Origin: Coprothermobacterota bacterium
Lineage (GTDB): Bacteria > Coprothermobacterota > HKB111
Assembly: GCA_037440465.1 (NCBI GenBank)
Contig: JBBIUB010000002.1
Coordinates: forward strand, 40,492 to 104,491
Direction of reading: 5' to 3'
DNA: 64,000 nucleotides
The notes under the pieces: generated by a model
Databases searched by the model: none
The model's input: only the letters and a program-made list of their open reading frames with translations
Told to the model about the DNA's origin: nothing
Shown here: positions 37,502 to 48,159 of the stretch, in pieces
Position numbering within the stretch: the stretch's first letter is position 1
Layout: each line of letters starts with the position of its first letter
Program-made: the position numbers and the translations under genes

Positions 37502-37605
37502 TTTTCCTCCCTTACTTTTAACCTAATTGAATTCTTTACAGTAAATAAGACACTTTATTTAAACAGGGTTAAACAACAGTAAATAATTTTTATAAACACT
37601 CCAAT

Positions 37606-37634
37606 AATTTAACACTTCTTAAACAGAGTGTCAA
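37606..37634 (-). promoter_or_regulatory. Sigma70 promoter of cdh operon
   Basis: TTGACA-17 nt-TAAATT with TGn extension, about 100 nt upstream of cdhA. Confidence 0.65.
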
Positions 37635-37646
37635 GGTATTGTAAGC

Positions 37647-37675
37647 TTGACATTACTTTGTGAAGGTGATAAAAT
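37647..37675 (+). promoter_or_regulatory. Sigma70 promoter of infC operon
   Basis: TTGACA-17 nt-TAAAAT with TGn extension. Confidence 0.75.
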
Positions 37676-37687
37676 TTTTATCAGACT

Positions 37688-37785
37688 GGGAAAGTAGAAG
37701 CTAATAAAGCCTGGTGCTTCTCACCCCGAAGGCTCAGCCTAAAAGGGTAACAGGGATAACCACCGCTTTTTCTTTCCCTAATACT
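37688..37785 (+). ncRNA. L20 leader (infC-rpmI-rplT autoregulatory RNA)
   Basis: AAGTAGAAGC...GCTTCTCACC hairpin; GGGAAAG can pair with CTTTCCC; lies upstream of infC-rpmI-rplT. Confidence 0.7.
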
Positions 37786-37802
37786 TATTGGAGGTGAGAT
37801 TC

Positions 37803-38372
37803 ATCTCAAAAGAAGCTGAATTTAACGAAAGCATTAAAGCACAAATTATTAGGGTGATAGACGAGGATGGTAATCAAGTTGGTGTCCTCCCTACCAAAGA
37901 AGCCGTAGAAATTGCAAGACAGAAAGGCTTAGATTTGGTAGTCGTTTCACCTGCAAGTAATCCACCAGTTTGTAAGTTTTTGAATTACGGTCAGTACAGA
38001 TACGAAATTCAAAAAAGGGATAAAGAAGCAAAGAAAAAGCAGAAAATAATGGAATTAAAAGAAATGCGTTTCAAGAGCTTCCATATTAATAATCATGATC
38101 TTGAAGTGAAATTAAGGCATATAAGTGGGTTCTTGAAAGAAGGAGACAAAGTAAAAATATCTCTTTTTTTAAGAGGAAGAGCTAATGTACATAGTGATAT
38201 TGGCATAACCCTTCTTAATAACATGGCCGATTCGTTAAGTGAAGTAGGACTTGTAGAAAGACCACCACAACCGGAAGGTCGAAGGTTAATAATGGTTTTA
38301 AGCCCAAAACCACAAAAAGGAGTTAAACAACGTGAAAACCAAGACGAGAAAGAGCGCTCTAAAAAGGTTTAA
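37803..38372 (+). CDS. infC: Translation initiation factor IF-3
   Basis: NESIKA, GLDLVVVSP, PPVCK, GDKVK; likely ATC start 6 nt after GGAGGTG. Confidence 0.95.
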   Translation: MSKEAEFNESIKAQIIRVIDEDGNQVGVLPTKEAVEIARQKGLDLVVVSPASNPPVCKFLNYGQYRYEIQKRDKEAKKKQKIMELKEMRFKSFHINNHDLEVKLRHISGFLKEGDKVKISLFLRGRANVHSDIGITLLNNMADSLSEVGLVERPPQPEGRRLIMVLSPKPQKGVKQRENQDEKERSKKV

Positions 38373-38526
38373 ACTTACAGGTACTGGCAAGCTTCTGCGT
38401 AAAAGGCAGGGTGGAGCTCATTTATTAAGGAAAAAGTCTAAATCTCAAAGAACAAGACTTACTTCAAAAGGGGTAGTAGACCCCACCTATAAAGAACATA
38501 TAAAGAAACTTTTGCCTAACCTTTAA
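38332..38526 (+). CDS. rpmI: 50S ribosomal protein L35
   Basis: KTRKSALKRFKLTGTGK, HLLRKKS. Confidence 0.95.
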   Translation: MKTKTRKSALKRFKLTGTGKLLRKRQGGAHLLRKKSKSQRTRLTSKGVVDPTYKEHIKKLLPNL

Positions 38527-38561
38527 TTAGTTAGTTACCGTTACCACCAGGAGGTGTAAAA

Positions 38562-38921
38562 ATGAGAGTTAAAGGCGGTTTTACAACGCGTCGCCGTCAT
38601 AAAAAGATTTTAAAATTAACCAAGGGATACCAACATGGACTGCGTAAACGTTTTCGTATAGCCAAAGAAGCTGTTTTGAAAGCCCTAAGGTATGCGTACT
38701 TTCACCGCAGGGAAAGGAAAAGAGACTTCAGGTCACTCTGGATAACAAGGATAAATGCTGCGGTGAGAGAACAAGGATTATCTTATAGTCAGTTCATCAA
38801 TGGTTTAAAGAAAAATAATGTAGTTATCAATAGAAAAATATTAGCTGACTTAGCCATAACTGATAAAGAAGCTTTTAATAATCTTATTGAACAATCCAGA
38901 AACGCATTAAACATAGGATAA
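38562..38921 (+). CDS. rplT: 50S ribosomal protein L20
   Basis: [31 protein letters not shown]. Confidence 0.97.
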   Translation: MRVKGGFTTRRRHKKILKLTKGYQHGLRKRFRIAKEAVLKALRYAYFHRRERKRDFRSLWITRINAAVREQGLSYSQFINGLKKNNVVINRKILADLAITDKEAFNNLIEQSRNALNIG

Positions 38922-38925
38922 TCCT

Positions 38926-39951
38926 TTGCAAAACATAGAAGTTCTACAGGAGAGAATTAAGAACATATCTACCCTGGAAGAGCTGGAGGAGCTTAGAGTT
39001 CATCTACTTGGACGACAGGGCGAGATAACGATTCTTCTCAAGAACCTAAATGTTTTACCAGTTGAAGAAAGGCGTAAAAGAGGAAATGAATTAAACAATT
39101 TTAAAAATGAAATTGAGGACTTTTTAAACAATAGAAAGACAGAAATAGAGGAAGGTGTTTTAAACTCAAAACTTAAAAATGAGGCCATAGATATCTTCCT
39201 CCCTCCTTTTTCTCTTCCAATGGGGAGGCTTCACATCTTATCCATAGTTTATAAAAAAGTTGAAGAAGTACTTGGAAGTTTGGGGTATGAGGTAGTTGAA
39301 GGCCCTGAGATTGAATCAGACTATTATAATTTTGAAGCATTAAACATGCCAGTTCACCATCCAGCAAGAGATATGTGGGATACTTTCTATTTTGAAAATG
39401 GCTTGCTGTTAAGGACCCATACCTCACCTGTACAAATAAGGACAATGCAAAGTAGACAACCACCTATAAAAATAATAGCACCCGGGAAATGTTACCGTAG
39501 AGATAACCCCGATGCCTCCCACTCCCCGGGTTTTCACCAATTAGAGGGACTATATATTGATGAAGGCGTTAGTCTCTCACACCTAAAAGGTACACTTGAA
39601 TTCTTCGCGCGTGCTATGTTTGGACCTTATCAAGAAGTCAAGCTCATAACTTCATACTATCCCTTCGTTGAACCTGGCTTAGAAGTCTCTTTAAAATGTG
39701 TAATCTGCAAAGGAAAAGGCTGTATCACATGTAAATACTCTGGTTGGCTTGAGATTTTGGGAGCAGGCATGGTTCATCCAGATGTTCTATCAAGACAGGA
39801 AATTTACCCAGACAAGTACTCAGGTTTTGCTTTTGGTATTGGTATAGACAGGGTAGCAATGTTAATGTATGGCATAAAAGACATCAGATCATTTCTGGAG
39901 AATGACCTTAGATTTTTAAACCAATTTAAAGCAATCCTGGAGGAAACCTAA
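38926..39951 (+). CDS. pheS: Phenylalanine-tRNA ligase alpha subunit
   Basis: HHPARDMWDTF, LLRTHTSPVQIR, FHQLEG, FAFGIG. Confidence 0.97.
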   Translation: MQNIEVLQERIKNISTLEELEELRVHLLGRQGEITILLKNLNVLPVEERRKRGNELNNFKNEIEDFLNNRKTEIEEGVLNSKLKNEAIDIFLPPFSLPMGRLHILSIVYKKVEEVLGSLGYEVVEGPEIESDYYNFEALNMPVHHPARDMWDTFYFENGLLLRTHTSPVQIRTMQSRQPPIKIIAPGKCYRRDNPDASHSPGFHQLEGLYIDEGVSLSHLKGTLEFFARAMFGPYQEVKLITSYYPFVEPGLEVSLKCVICKGKGCITCKYSGWLEILGAGMVHPDVLSRQEIYPDKYSGFAFGIGIDRVAMLMYGIKDIRSFLENDLRFLNQFKAILEET

Positions 39952-42357
39952 ATGAGATTCCCTCTTAGCTGGCTAAGGGATTATATTCCTGATTTTGAAC
40001 CTAATCCAGTTAACAGAGAAAAATTAGAACTTGCTGGCTTAGAAATAGAAGAAGAAATATTATTAGGTATATCTTTTAAGGGTATATCCATAGGTGAAAT
40101 TCTGGAAATTCAACCACATCCTCACAAAGAACATCTTCTATTAACAAAGATTAGGGTTGATGGTGATGAATCTGCAACTAAACAGATTGTCTGTGGAGCT
40201 CATAATATCAAAGTTGGAAATTATATCCCCGTAGCCTTCCCCGGTTCTATTGTAGAAGGAGAGACGCTTGGAGCGAGAAAAATTGGTGGTATTCTATCTG
40301 AAGGTATGCTTCTCTCTCTTAAGGAGTTAGGCTTCCCAGAAGAATATTTTCCTAAATCCCATGAAGGCATCTTTATTATTCATCAAACTTCTTCTTCAAC
40401 AACCATAGAAGAGCTTCTTTCTTTACCCGACACTATCTGGGAAATTAAAGTTTTCCCTAATAGAAGTGACCTATTAAGTATAAAAGGGATGGCAAGAGAG
40501 ATTGCAGCTATCCTTAACTTACCATTTTATTGCCCTGAAATTGAAAAAGATGAGCCTTTATCTAAAAAACAGTGTAGTTTGAAAGTAGAAATAGACAATT
40601 TCTCAGACTGCTCATATTATTCTGCATCATTAATTGAAAATGTATCAATAAAAGAATCTCCTTCCTGGATGCAAATTAAGTTGTTGAAATGTGGATTAAG
40701 ACCTATCAATAATGTTGTTGACGCAACAAACTATGTTATGTTGGAACTTGGTCAACCCCTTCACGCCTTTGATTATACAAGTATTCAGAAAGATACCATC
40801 AAGGTAAGAAGGGGAAAGAGCTGGGGTGAATCTCTTTTAACTCTTGATGATAATTTAAGATCTGTAGATGGTGAAGTTCTTTTGATAGCTACTACCAATG
40901 ACCCCATAGGAATAGCAGGAATTATTGGTGGGATAAACAGTGGCATAACCGAACATACTAAAAAGGTTGTTCTTGAATCTGCTTATTTTTCACCTGAAAT
41001 AATACGTTCTGGTAGAAGAAAGTTAGGCATATCTACTGATGCTTCCTATCGTTTTGAAAGAGGGCTTGACCCATTCCTGGCTGACTATGCCCGCATAAAA
41101 GTGCTTGAAATAATGAAAAAAATCAGTGATAGTAAGGTTATTAGCACCACCATAACCAAAAACGAGCCACTTTCTCAACAGCAAAACATTTCATTTACTA
41201 TGGAAAAACTTAATAACTTTTTAGGAACAGATTTTATTTCTGAAGAAATATTCAAATCTCTCGGACATTTCCAGGTTAAGCAAGAGAAAGATATCTTTAC
41301 TGTGGATATACCATCATACCGTAGAGATCTTTCTATACCAGAAGACATCTATGAAGAAGTAGCCAGAATAATTGGCTACCATAGAATACCCAGCAAATTA
41401 CCTGTAATTTCTTCTCGAGAATTACTTTCTGTCAGAAGTAAAAACATAGAAAGTATTCTCCGTGAAAACTTGTGTAAATTGGGCTTGACTGAAGTAGTGA
41501 CCTCTTCCATGCTTTCAGAGGAAGAACTTATTGGTTACGGAAAACCCCTTAGTATTAAAAATCCAATAAGTAAAGATTTATCTTACTATAGGTCTTCCCT
41601 TATCCCCGGGATGTTAAAAGTTGTCTTAACGAACATCAAATATGGCATAAAAGACCTTTCAATATTTGAAATGGGTCACATTTACAACGAAGAAGAAAAA
41701 TCTTATTTAGCTATCTTATGTACTGGCAGGCTACTACCAGAAGGGTGGAAAAAAACCGAACTATTATCAGATTTCTATTACATCTGGGGAATTTTAAACA
41801 AATTATCAGATGAGTTCAATCTTGGCTTGGAGCTTACACTTGAACAACCAAAAAAACATCAATCTTTGCCAAACCTTGAGTTTCTTCACCCTTCCAGAAA
41901 AGCTCTGGTTAAAAAGAGTGGCTATATTTTAGGTTATATAGGAGAAATACACCCCTTACGCATCAGTCATATTCGCCCATCACCCGATAGAATATATGTA
42001 GCAGAATTAGATTTGAAATATTTTAAACAAGATGTAAGCACCACTTTTTCAGTTATTGAACCTTCTCGCTTTCCTCATGTAGAAAGACACCTATCATTAA
42101 CCTTTCCTACTTCAACAAACTACAACTCTATTGAAAAAGCAATATTTTCACAAAAACCCAGGTTCTTAGAAAAAATTATTTTACTTGATCGCTTCAATTT
42201 GATAGAAAAACAGGAGTTAATCTCTTTTACTATTTCTTTCATTTTTAGGGCTAACGACCATACTTTAAAAGAAGAAGAGGTTAGGCAAGAGCTCGTCAAA
42301 ATAGTTAATGGATGTTCAGAAATTGGAGGGGAGCTAAGAGGTAGAAAAAATAATTAG
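39952..42357 (+). CDS. pheT: Phenylalanine-tRNA ligase beta subunit
   Basis: IVCGAHN, PNRSDL, NNVVDATNY, GQPLHAFD, ASYRFERG. Confidence 0.95.
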   Translation: MRFPLSWLRDYIPDFEPNPVNREKLELAGLEIEEEILLGISFKGISIGEILEIQPHPHKEHLLLTKIRVDGDESATKQIVCGAHNIKVGNYIPVAFPGSIVEGETLGARKIGGILSEGMLLSLKELGFPEEYFPKSHEGIFIIHQTSSSTTIEELLSLPDTIWEIKVFPNRSDLLSIKGMAREIAAILNLPFYCPEIEKDEPLSKKQCSLKVEIDNFSDCSYYSASLIENVSIKESPSWMQIKLLKCGLRPINNVVDATNYVMLELGQPLHAFDYTSIQKDTIKVRRGKSWGESLLTLDDNLRSVDGEVLLIATTNDPIGIAGIIGGINSGITEHTKKVVLESAYFSPEIIRSGRRKLGISTDASYRFERGLDPFLADYARIKVLEIMKKISDSKVISTTITKNEPLSQQQNISFTMEKLNNFLGTDFISEEIFKSLGHFQVKQEKDIFTVDIPSYRRDLSIPEDIYEEVARIIGYHRIPSKLPVISSRELLSVRSKNIESILRENLCKLGLTEVVTSSMLSEEELIGYGKPLSIKNPISKDLSYYRSSLIPGMLKVVLTNIKYGIKDLSIFEMGHIYNEEEKSYLAILCTGRLLPEGWKKTELLSDFYYIWGILNKLSDEFNLGLELTLEQPKKHQSLPNLEFLHPSRKALVKKSGYILGYIGEIHPLRISHIRPSPDRIYVAELDLKYFKQDVSTTFSVIEPSRFPHVERHLSLTFPTSTNYNSIEKAIFSQKPRFLEKIILLDRFNLIEKQELISFTISFIFRANDHTLKEEEVRQELVKIVNGCSEIGGELRGRKNN

Positions 42358-42359
42358 AT

Positions 42360-44705
42360 TTGAACGAGCATACTTTAAAAGTACTAGACTATTTCACCAT
42401 ATTAGAAAAGGCTAAATCATACACCCTATCTGAAGAAGGAAAAGAAAGTATACTGGCTCTAAGACCTCTCATCTCCCGTGATTTAATTGAAGATTCTTTA
42501 AAAGAAACAGCTGAGGCAATGAGTTTTCTGGAAAAAAACAGTCATCCTCTTAACGGAATAAAATCTATTTCCGAGTCTGTTGATGCCCTTTCTCATGGAG
42601 TTATTCTTAACCCTTACCAGTTGTGGAATATTGCTAATAATCTAAAGATTATTACAAAAACGAAAGATATAATTAAAGATAAGGAATACTCAACACTTCA
42701 AAGAATACTTCAACCCCTGGGAGACTTCAATGAATATATTGGACTTATTGATAGGTCCATTTCCGATGATGGTTCTATTTTAGATACTGCAAGTTCCGAG
42801 CTTGAAGTTATAAGGAAAAAAATAGCTATTCTAAAAAATAGATTAAGGAAAGAATTAGAGGAAATTGTTAGCCAGAACTCCCTTCGTCCTTATCTGCAAG
42901 GAGATTATATAACTGAAAGGAAAGGAAGATGGGTCATCCCTGTGAAAAGCGAGCATAAATCCAATTTCCCAGGTATAGTACACGATACTTCATCAAGTGG
43001 TTCTACAATTTTCATGGAACCTCTTAAAACTATCCAGTTGAGTAATGATATAACCAGTTGGGAAAGAAAAGAAGAGCATGAAATTAACCGAATTCTAAAA
43101 GAACTTTCAGATAATCTTAGAAAAATATTCCCTTCTCTGAAAGAGAGCCTTGAGATAAGCATACACTTAGAAACTGTTTTCGCTAAAGCTTCCTTTGGGT
43201 TTGGTTTAAACTGTGTCATTCCTGAATTATCAGAAATACAAAAAATTGAAATAATAGGTGGAAGGCACCCCCTTCTAACTGTAAAACCTGTACCCGTAGA
43301 CATTGAAATAGGCACTTCCTATAAAACTCTTATAATCTCAGGACCCAATACTGGAGGTAAAACAGTATCACTAAAAATTGCAGGACTCTTCATACTTATG
43401 GCTCAAAGCGGTTTTCCTGTACCAGCCTATAAAGTTAATACAGGAATTTTCCCAAAGATATTTGCTGATATAGGGGATGAACAATCTATTGCTCAAAACA
43501 TAAGCACCTTTTCTTCACATATGGGAAATATCAGTTCATTTTTACCAGATATTGACTCCTCTACACTGGTTATTCTTGATGAATTGGGAGCAGGCACAGA
43601 CCCTCAGGAAGGTTCTGCCCTGGCTTACGCTCTTTTAGAACATCTACACAAACATTCAGCAATCGTACTAATATCTACTCACCACAGCGAACTCAAGACT
43701 TTTCCTTATAGACATTCACAATCAGCTAATGGCTCTATGGAGTTTGATCTTGCTTCCCTGAAACCAACTTATAAACTAATTATTGGTGTTCCTGGGAGGA
43801 GCTTTGCTCTTCTCATAGCTAAAAAACTTGGAATCCCAGGGGATGTTGTAAAAAATGCAGGTTCTCTAATGCCCCAAACACAAAAAGAGTTGTCTGAATT
43901 AGTTAAAAACTTGGAGGAAATAAGAAAAAATTACGAATCAAGGAAGACAGAGTACGAAACCTTACTTAACGATACTCAGAAAATTAAGGAAAACTATGAG
44001 AAAGAATTAAAGGAACTCAAATCTAAAAGAAGAAAAATCTTGAGTGAGTTAAGAACTGAAGGCGAAGAAAAGATAGATGAGTTGCTTACTTCCCTAAAAG
44101 AGTTAATGAAGAAAATTGAAGATAAAAAGTCAACCATAAAAGATGCCCGTAGTGCCTATCAAGATTTAAAACTCAAAGCAGATGATACAATATCTAACTT
44201 CATAGAAAAAACTATTGAACAACCAGAACCTTTAACTCTCTTAACCCCTACAAAATTATCCCCCGGCGATAGAGTTTATATAGATTCTTTACAAGAAGAA
44301 GGCATTGTTATCAAATCAGTAGATAAGAAAGGGTTTGTCCTTGTCCAGGCAGGTTTTTTAAAAACTGCTGTACCTATAGAAAGCATAAAAGTCGTTGATG
44401 AAAGAATAAGTCAACCAGTTAAAAAGGTTCCAGAAAAATCCTTATTCAAAGAATTTAACGAGAATATTCCTTTGAGGTTAGATTTGCACGGTATAAGGGG
44501 AGAAGAAGCTATAAATCTATTAGACCAATATGTAGAACAAGCTTATTTAGCAGGTTATAGGGAAGTCAGGATTGTGCATGGAATTGGTAAAGGAATCCTA
44601 AAAAAATTAGTGAGAGATTTTCTTTACCATCATCCTTATATTGACAAAGTAGGCACAGATCTTCAAGAAGGAGAAGGAGTAACTCTTCTAATCTTCAAAG
44701 AGTAA
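42360..44705 (+). CDS. mutS2: MutS2 with Smr domain
   Basis: SGPNTGGKT, DIGDEQSI, STFSSHM, DELGAGTDP, LDLHG...HGIGKG. Confidence 0.95.
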   Translation: MNEHTLKVLDYFTILEKAKSYTLSEEGKESILALRPLISRDLIEDSLKETAEAMSFLEKNSHPLNGIKSISESVDALSHGVILNPYQLWNIANNLKIITKTKDIIKDKEYSTLQRILQPLGDFNEYIGLIDRSISDDGSILDTASSELEVIRKKIAILKNRLRKELEEIVSQNSLRPYLQGDYITERKGRWVIPVKSEHKSNFPGIVHDTSSSGSTIFMEPLKTIQLSNDITSWERKEEHEINRILKELSDNLRKIFPSLKESLEISIHLETVFAKASFGFGLNCVIPELSEIQKIEIIGGRHPLLTVKPVPVDIEIGTSYKTLIISGPNTGGKTVSLKIAGLFILMAQSGFPVPAYKVNTGIFPKIFADIGDEQSIAQNISTFSSHMGNISSFLPDIDSSTLVILDELGAGTDPQEGSALAYALLEHLHKHSAIVLISTHHSELKTFPYRHSQSANGSMEFDLASLKPTYKLIIGVPGRSFALLIAKKLGIPGDVVKNAGSLMPQTQKELSELVKNLEEIRKNYESRKTEYETLLNDTQKIKENYEKELKELKSKRRKILSELRTEGEEKIDELLTSLKELMKKIEDKKSTIKDARSAYQDLKLKADDTISNFIEKTIEQPEPLTLLTPTKLSPGDRVYIDSLQEEGIVIKSVDKKGFVLVQAGFLKTAVPIESIKVVDERISQPVKKVPEKSLFKEFNENIPLRLDLHGIRGEEAINLLDQYVEQAYLAGYREVRIVHGIGKGILKKLVRDFLYHHPYIDKVGTDLQEGEGVTLLIFKE

Positions 44706-44712
44706 TTAATTC

Positions 44713-46776
44713 TTAATGTAAAGGACACAATTCCTTCGGTGCTGTGGAAGGCATAAAAATTTCTCTTTTTATTTTCCCAGTAGGACAAGCAGAAGTAGAC
44801 AAGAGTTTAGAATCTATACATATCATTTTTTCTTCTACAGAATCCGGCTTCACAAAATCAAGCACCTCTTTATTAGTCAAGTATGGTACTATTGCCCTTT
44901 GCCATATCTTTTGGGCAAAAAGACCCGTGTTGTATAGAGAGTTAATCTGAGGGTTTTCCTCATCCGATCCTGTCCAAACACCAATAAGTAAATCCGTTGT
45001 ATAACCAACAAACCACGCATCTCTATGTTTATCGCTTGTTCCAGTTTTACCAGCAGCAGGAAAAGTCACTTTCAGCCCGCCAGAAAGCTCTCTTTTAGCA
45101 ACATCTTTTAAAATATCCGTTAATACATAGGCTGTCTCTTCTTTAATAACCCTTCCTTTTACAGTAGTGAATTCTCGAACCACTACCCCATTTGAAGTAA
45201 TAATATTTTTAACTGGTCTCGGTTCTACCTTGTAACCACCGTTGGCTAAAGGAGAGTAGGCAAAGGAGAGTTCAAATAAGGTAACATCATTACTTCCTAT
45301 TGGCAGAGAATAAACTTCTTCCAGCCTGGAAGTAATCCCCATAGCACGAGCATAAGATATCACTTCTTTTAACCCTTGAGCCAGACCCACCTTTACAGCT
45401 ACAATGTTAGAAGATCGCACCAAGGCGTCCCTTATATCCATAGGTCCATAAAATTTCTTCCCTTCAACCCTCACATACTCAGTTGGACTCCAGGGACCTT
45501 TTGGAGTATCAAGAGTCATCGGTTCAGAATCCAATATAGTAAGTGGAGTTACCAATTTAGACTCAAAAGCTGCTGAATAAACAAAGGCTTTAAAAGTTGA
45601 GCCGGGTTGACGAAGAGAAAATACTCTATTCAGAGGAGTTTCTTTGTAATCCCTTCCACCAATCATGCCCATGATATCTCCTGTTCTTGGGTTTAAGGCA
45701 ATCATTGCTCCTTGAGGTTGTCTCACATCTTTATTGTCCTTGACTTCTTTTATAACCTTATTTTTTACCAGTTTGTCCAGTTCAAAGTTTAGAGCTGATT
45801 CCAGATTGCTTTGAATTTTCTGGTCTAAAGTGGTATATACCTTTAATCCACCACCAAAAATAACTTCTCGAGGAAGCATGGTTTGTAGATAACTCTTAAC
45901 ATAATCTACAAAGTATTGTACTGAGGGAGAAAATGTTTCCTCCAATGTTTTGAGTTGAGGTTTGTTTTCCAGAGCATCATAATATTCTTTTTCGCTAATG
46001 ATTTCATTCTTAAGCATAATATCCAGTATTATTTTCATTCGTTCAACAGAAGCTTCATAATTAGCCTTAGGATTTAATAATGAAGGGGCTTTAAATATTC
46101 CTGCTAATAAAGCTGCTTCACTTAAAGTTAAGTCGCTGGAAGCCTTACCAAAGTAATAACGCGATGCTGCCTCTACTCCGTAATTACCCTCTCCTAAAAA
46201 ATAAATATTCAAATACATTTCTAATATCTCATCCTTGGAGTACTCTTTTTCCAGTTGCCAGGCTATGACTATTTCCTGTATTTTCCTATCAAATGTTTTT
46301 TCTAAAGTAAGATTAAACAAGTCTCTTGCAAGTTGTTGAGTAATGGTTGACCCTCCCTCTGCAATTCGTCTTTCTCTGAGATTTACCCAGAGAGCTCTAA
46401 TAATCCCCCTTAAATCAATGCCATAATGGGTATAGAAACGAATATCCTCCATTGCTACAACTGCCTTAATCAGATAAGGAGAGATATCTTTTAATTGAGT
46501 ATAAAACCTCCTTTCACCTAAATGAATAATAGCTATAAGCTGACCATCAGAATCAAATATCTGGGAGGCTTCTGGTACTACCTTTGATAACTCTTCCATA
46601 ACCACAGGCAACCTTTTGAGATTTTCAGTTAGTGAAACAGTTATATGTCTGGTCCTTGAATAAATATATAACGATGAAAAGGTAATAGTAAAAAATACAA
46701 AGGCTATAACAATTAAAGTTATTTTGAATATTTTGCGGTTATATTTTCTCTTTTTTTTCTTTCTTAAAGGAACCAT
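44713..46776 (-). CDS. Class A penicillin-binding protein (PBP1A family)
   Basis: EDIRFYTHYG, GGSTITQQL, RQPGSTFK (SxxK), SSN, GKTGTS. Confidence 0.93.
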   Translation of the reverse strand: MVPLRKKKKRKYNRKIFKITLIVIAFVFFTITFSSLYIYSRTRHITVSLTENLKRLPVVMEELSKVVPEASQIFDSDGQLIAIIHLGERRFYTQLKDISPYLIKAVVAMEDIRFYTHYGIDLRGIIRALWVNLRERRIAEGGSTITQQLARDLFNLTLEKTFDRKIQEIVIAWQLEKEYSKDEILEMYLNIYFLGEGNYGVEAASRYYFGKASSDLTLSEAALLAGIFKAPSLLNPKANYEASVERMKIILDIMLKNEIISEKEYYDALENKPQLKTLEETFSPSVQYFVDYVKSYLQTMLPREVIFGGGLKVYTTLDQKIQSNLESALNFELDKLVKNKVIKEVKDNKDVRQPQGAMIALNPRTGDIMGMIGGRDYKETPLNRVFSLRQPGSTFKAFVYSAAFESKLVTPLTILDSEPMTLDTPKGPWSPTEYVRVEGKKFYGPMDIRDALVRSSNIVAVKVGLAQGLKEVISYARAMGITSRLEEVYSLPIGSNDVTLFELSFAYSPLANGGYKVEPRPVKNIITSNGVVVREFTTVKGRVIKEETAYVLTDILKDVAKRELSGGLKVTFPAAGKTGTSDKHRDAWFVGYTTDLLIGVWTGSDEENPQINSLYNTGLFAQKIWQRAIVPYLTNKEVLDFVKPDSVEEKMICIDSKLLSTSACPTGKIKREIFMPSTAPKELCPLH

Positions 46777-46848
46777 TGTATTTCAGTTAATTATATCATA
46801 GAGGCTTTTATGCTCATCTACTTGACAAAAAGAGTATAATTGTTATTG

Positions 46849-46964
46849 AACCTTTTGGGGTTAGGTGAAATTCCTTACCGGCGGTAAAGCCCGCGAGCCA
46901 TTAGTAATGGCAGAACCGATGAAATTCCGGTGCCGACGGTAAAAGTCCGGATGGGAAAAGGGTT
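46849..46964 (+). ncRNA. FMN riboswitch (RFN element)
   Basis: GGTGAAATTCC, ACCGGCGGT, AGCCCGCGAGC, GCCGACGGT, AGTCCGGATGGGAA; upstream of ribD. Confidence 0.95.
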
Positions 46965-47031
46965 AAAATTATCCTTACGTATTTTAGCATCCTTTTCCCC
47001 CTAATTTTGAAAGAGGCAATAATATTTATAA

Positions 47032-48159
47032 ATGGAAAAAGATGCACATCACATGAGACTTACTTTAAAATTAGCTAAGCAAGGATTAGGAAGGGTTAGT
47101 CCCAATCCTGTGGTGGGAGCTATTTTAGTAAAGGATGGTTTCATCGTAGGAAAAGGTTATCATCAGAAGGTAGGAACCCCCCATGCTGAAATTAATGCTC
47201 TAAGAGAAGCAGGACCGGAAGCCACAGGGAGTACACTATACGTTAATCTGGAACCCTGCGTTCACTTTGGTCGTACCCCTCCCTGCGTAAATACCATTAT
47301 CCAATCAGGGGTAAAAAGAGTTGTCGTAGGAATGATTGACCCTAACCCTCTGGTTTCAGGCAAAGGTATTCAAGAGTTAAGAAAGTCAGGTTTGGAAATT
47401 ACAGAAGGGATTCTTGCGGAAGAAGCCTGCAAACTGAATGAATTTTTCATAAAATACATTACTAAAAAAATCCCTTTTGTAACACTCAAAGGTGCTATGA
47501 GTTTAGATGGTAAACTCGCAACCTCCACAGGTGAATCCAGATGGATAAGTGGAGAAAAATCTCGGAAACTGGTTCATAAACTGAGAAATCAGTATGATGC
47601 TGTGTTAGTTGGTATCAGTACAATAATCAAGGATGACCCATTACTAACCACCCGAAATATCAAAAATGGAAGAGACCCTATAAGAGTAATTGTAGATAGC
47701 AACCTTAGAATTCCTCTTGATAGCAAGATAATAAAAATTGTACATAAGTCTAAGGCGCCTACTATTGTTGCCACAACTAAATTCGCACCACCTTCAAAAA
47801 TAAAAACGCTGGAGTCCCTTGGAGTTGAAGTATGCAAGGTAGATGATAGAAATAGACGGGTAAATCTCCATGCTCTACTCAACTATCTGGGTGAAAGAAA
47901 TATTATAAGTCTTCTCATAGAGGGAGGACCCACACTAAACGAAGGAGCCCTGAGGGAAGGTATAGTGGATAAGGTAATGGTATTTATAAATCCCCGGATT
48001 ATAGGAGGAGAAAAGGCACCAACCCTGGTTGGTGGAGAAGGTATAAAAGACTTATACCAGACTCATAGTCTTTCTTCAGTCACATATAAAAAAATTGGTG
48101 AAGACCTTCTTGTAGAAGGGTATTTAAATAAGGAGGAGTTATGTTCACAGGCATTATAG
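47032..48159 (+). CDS. ribD: Riboflavin biosynthesis deaminase/reductase
   Basis: PNPVVGA, HAE, LEPC...TPPC, SLDG, EGG. Confidence 0.96.
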   Translation: MEKDAHHMRLTLKLAKQGLGRVSPNPVVGAILVKDGFIVGKGYHQKVGTPHAEINALREAGPEATGSTLYVNLEPCVHFGRTPPCVNTIIQSGVKRVVVGMIDPNPLVSGKGIQELRKSGLEITEGILAEEACKLNEFFIKYITKKIPFVTLKGAMSLDGKLATSTGESRWISGEKSRKLVHKLRNQYDAVLVGISTIIKDDPLLTTRNIKNGRDPIRVIVDSNLRIPLDSKIIKIVHKSKAPTIVATTKFAPPSKIKTLESLGVEVCKVDDRNRRVNLHALLNYLGERNIISLLIEGGPTLNEGALREGIVDKVMVFINPRIIGGEKAPTLVGGEGIKDLYQTHSLSSVTYKKIGEDLLVEGYLNKEELCSQAL

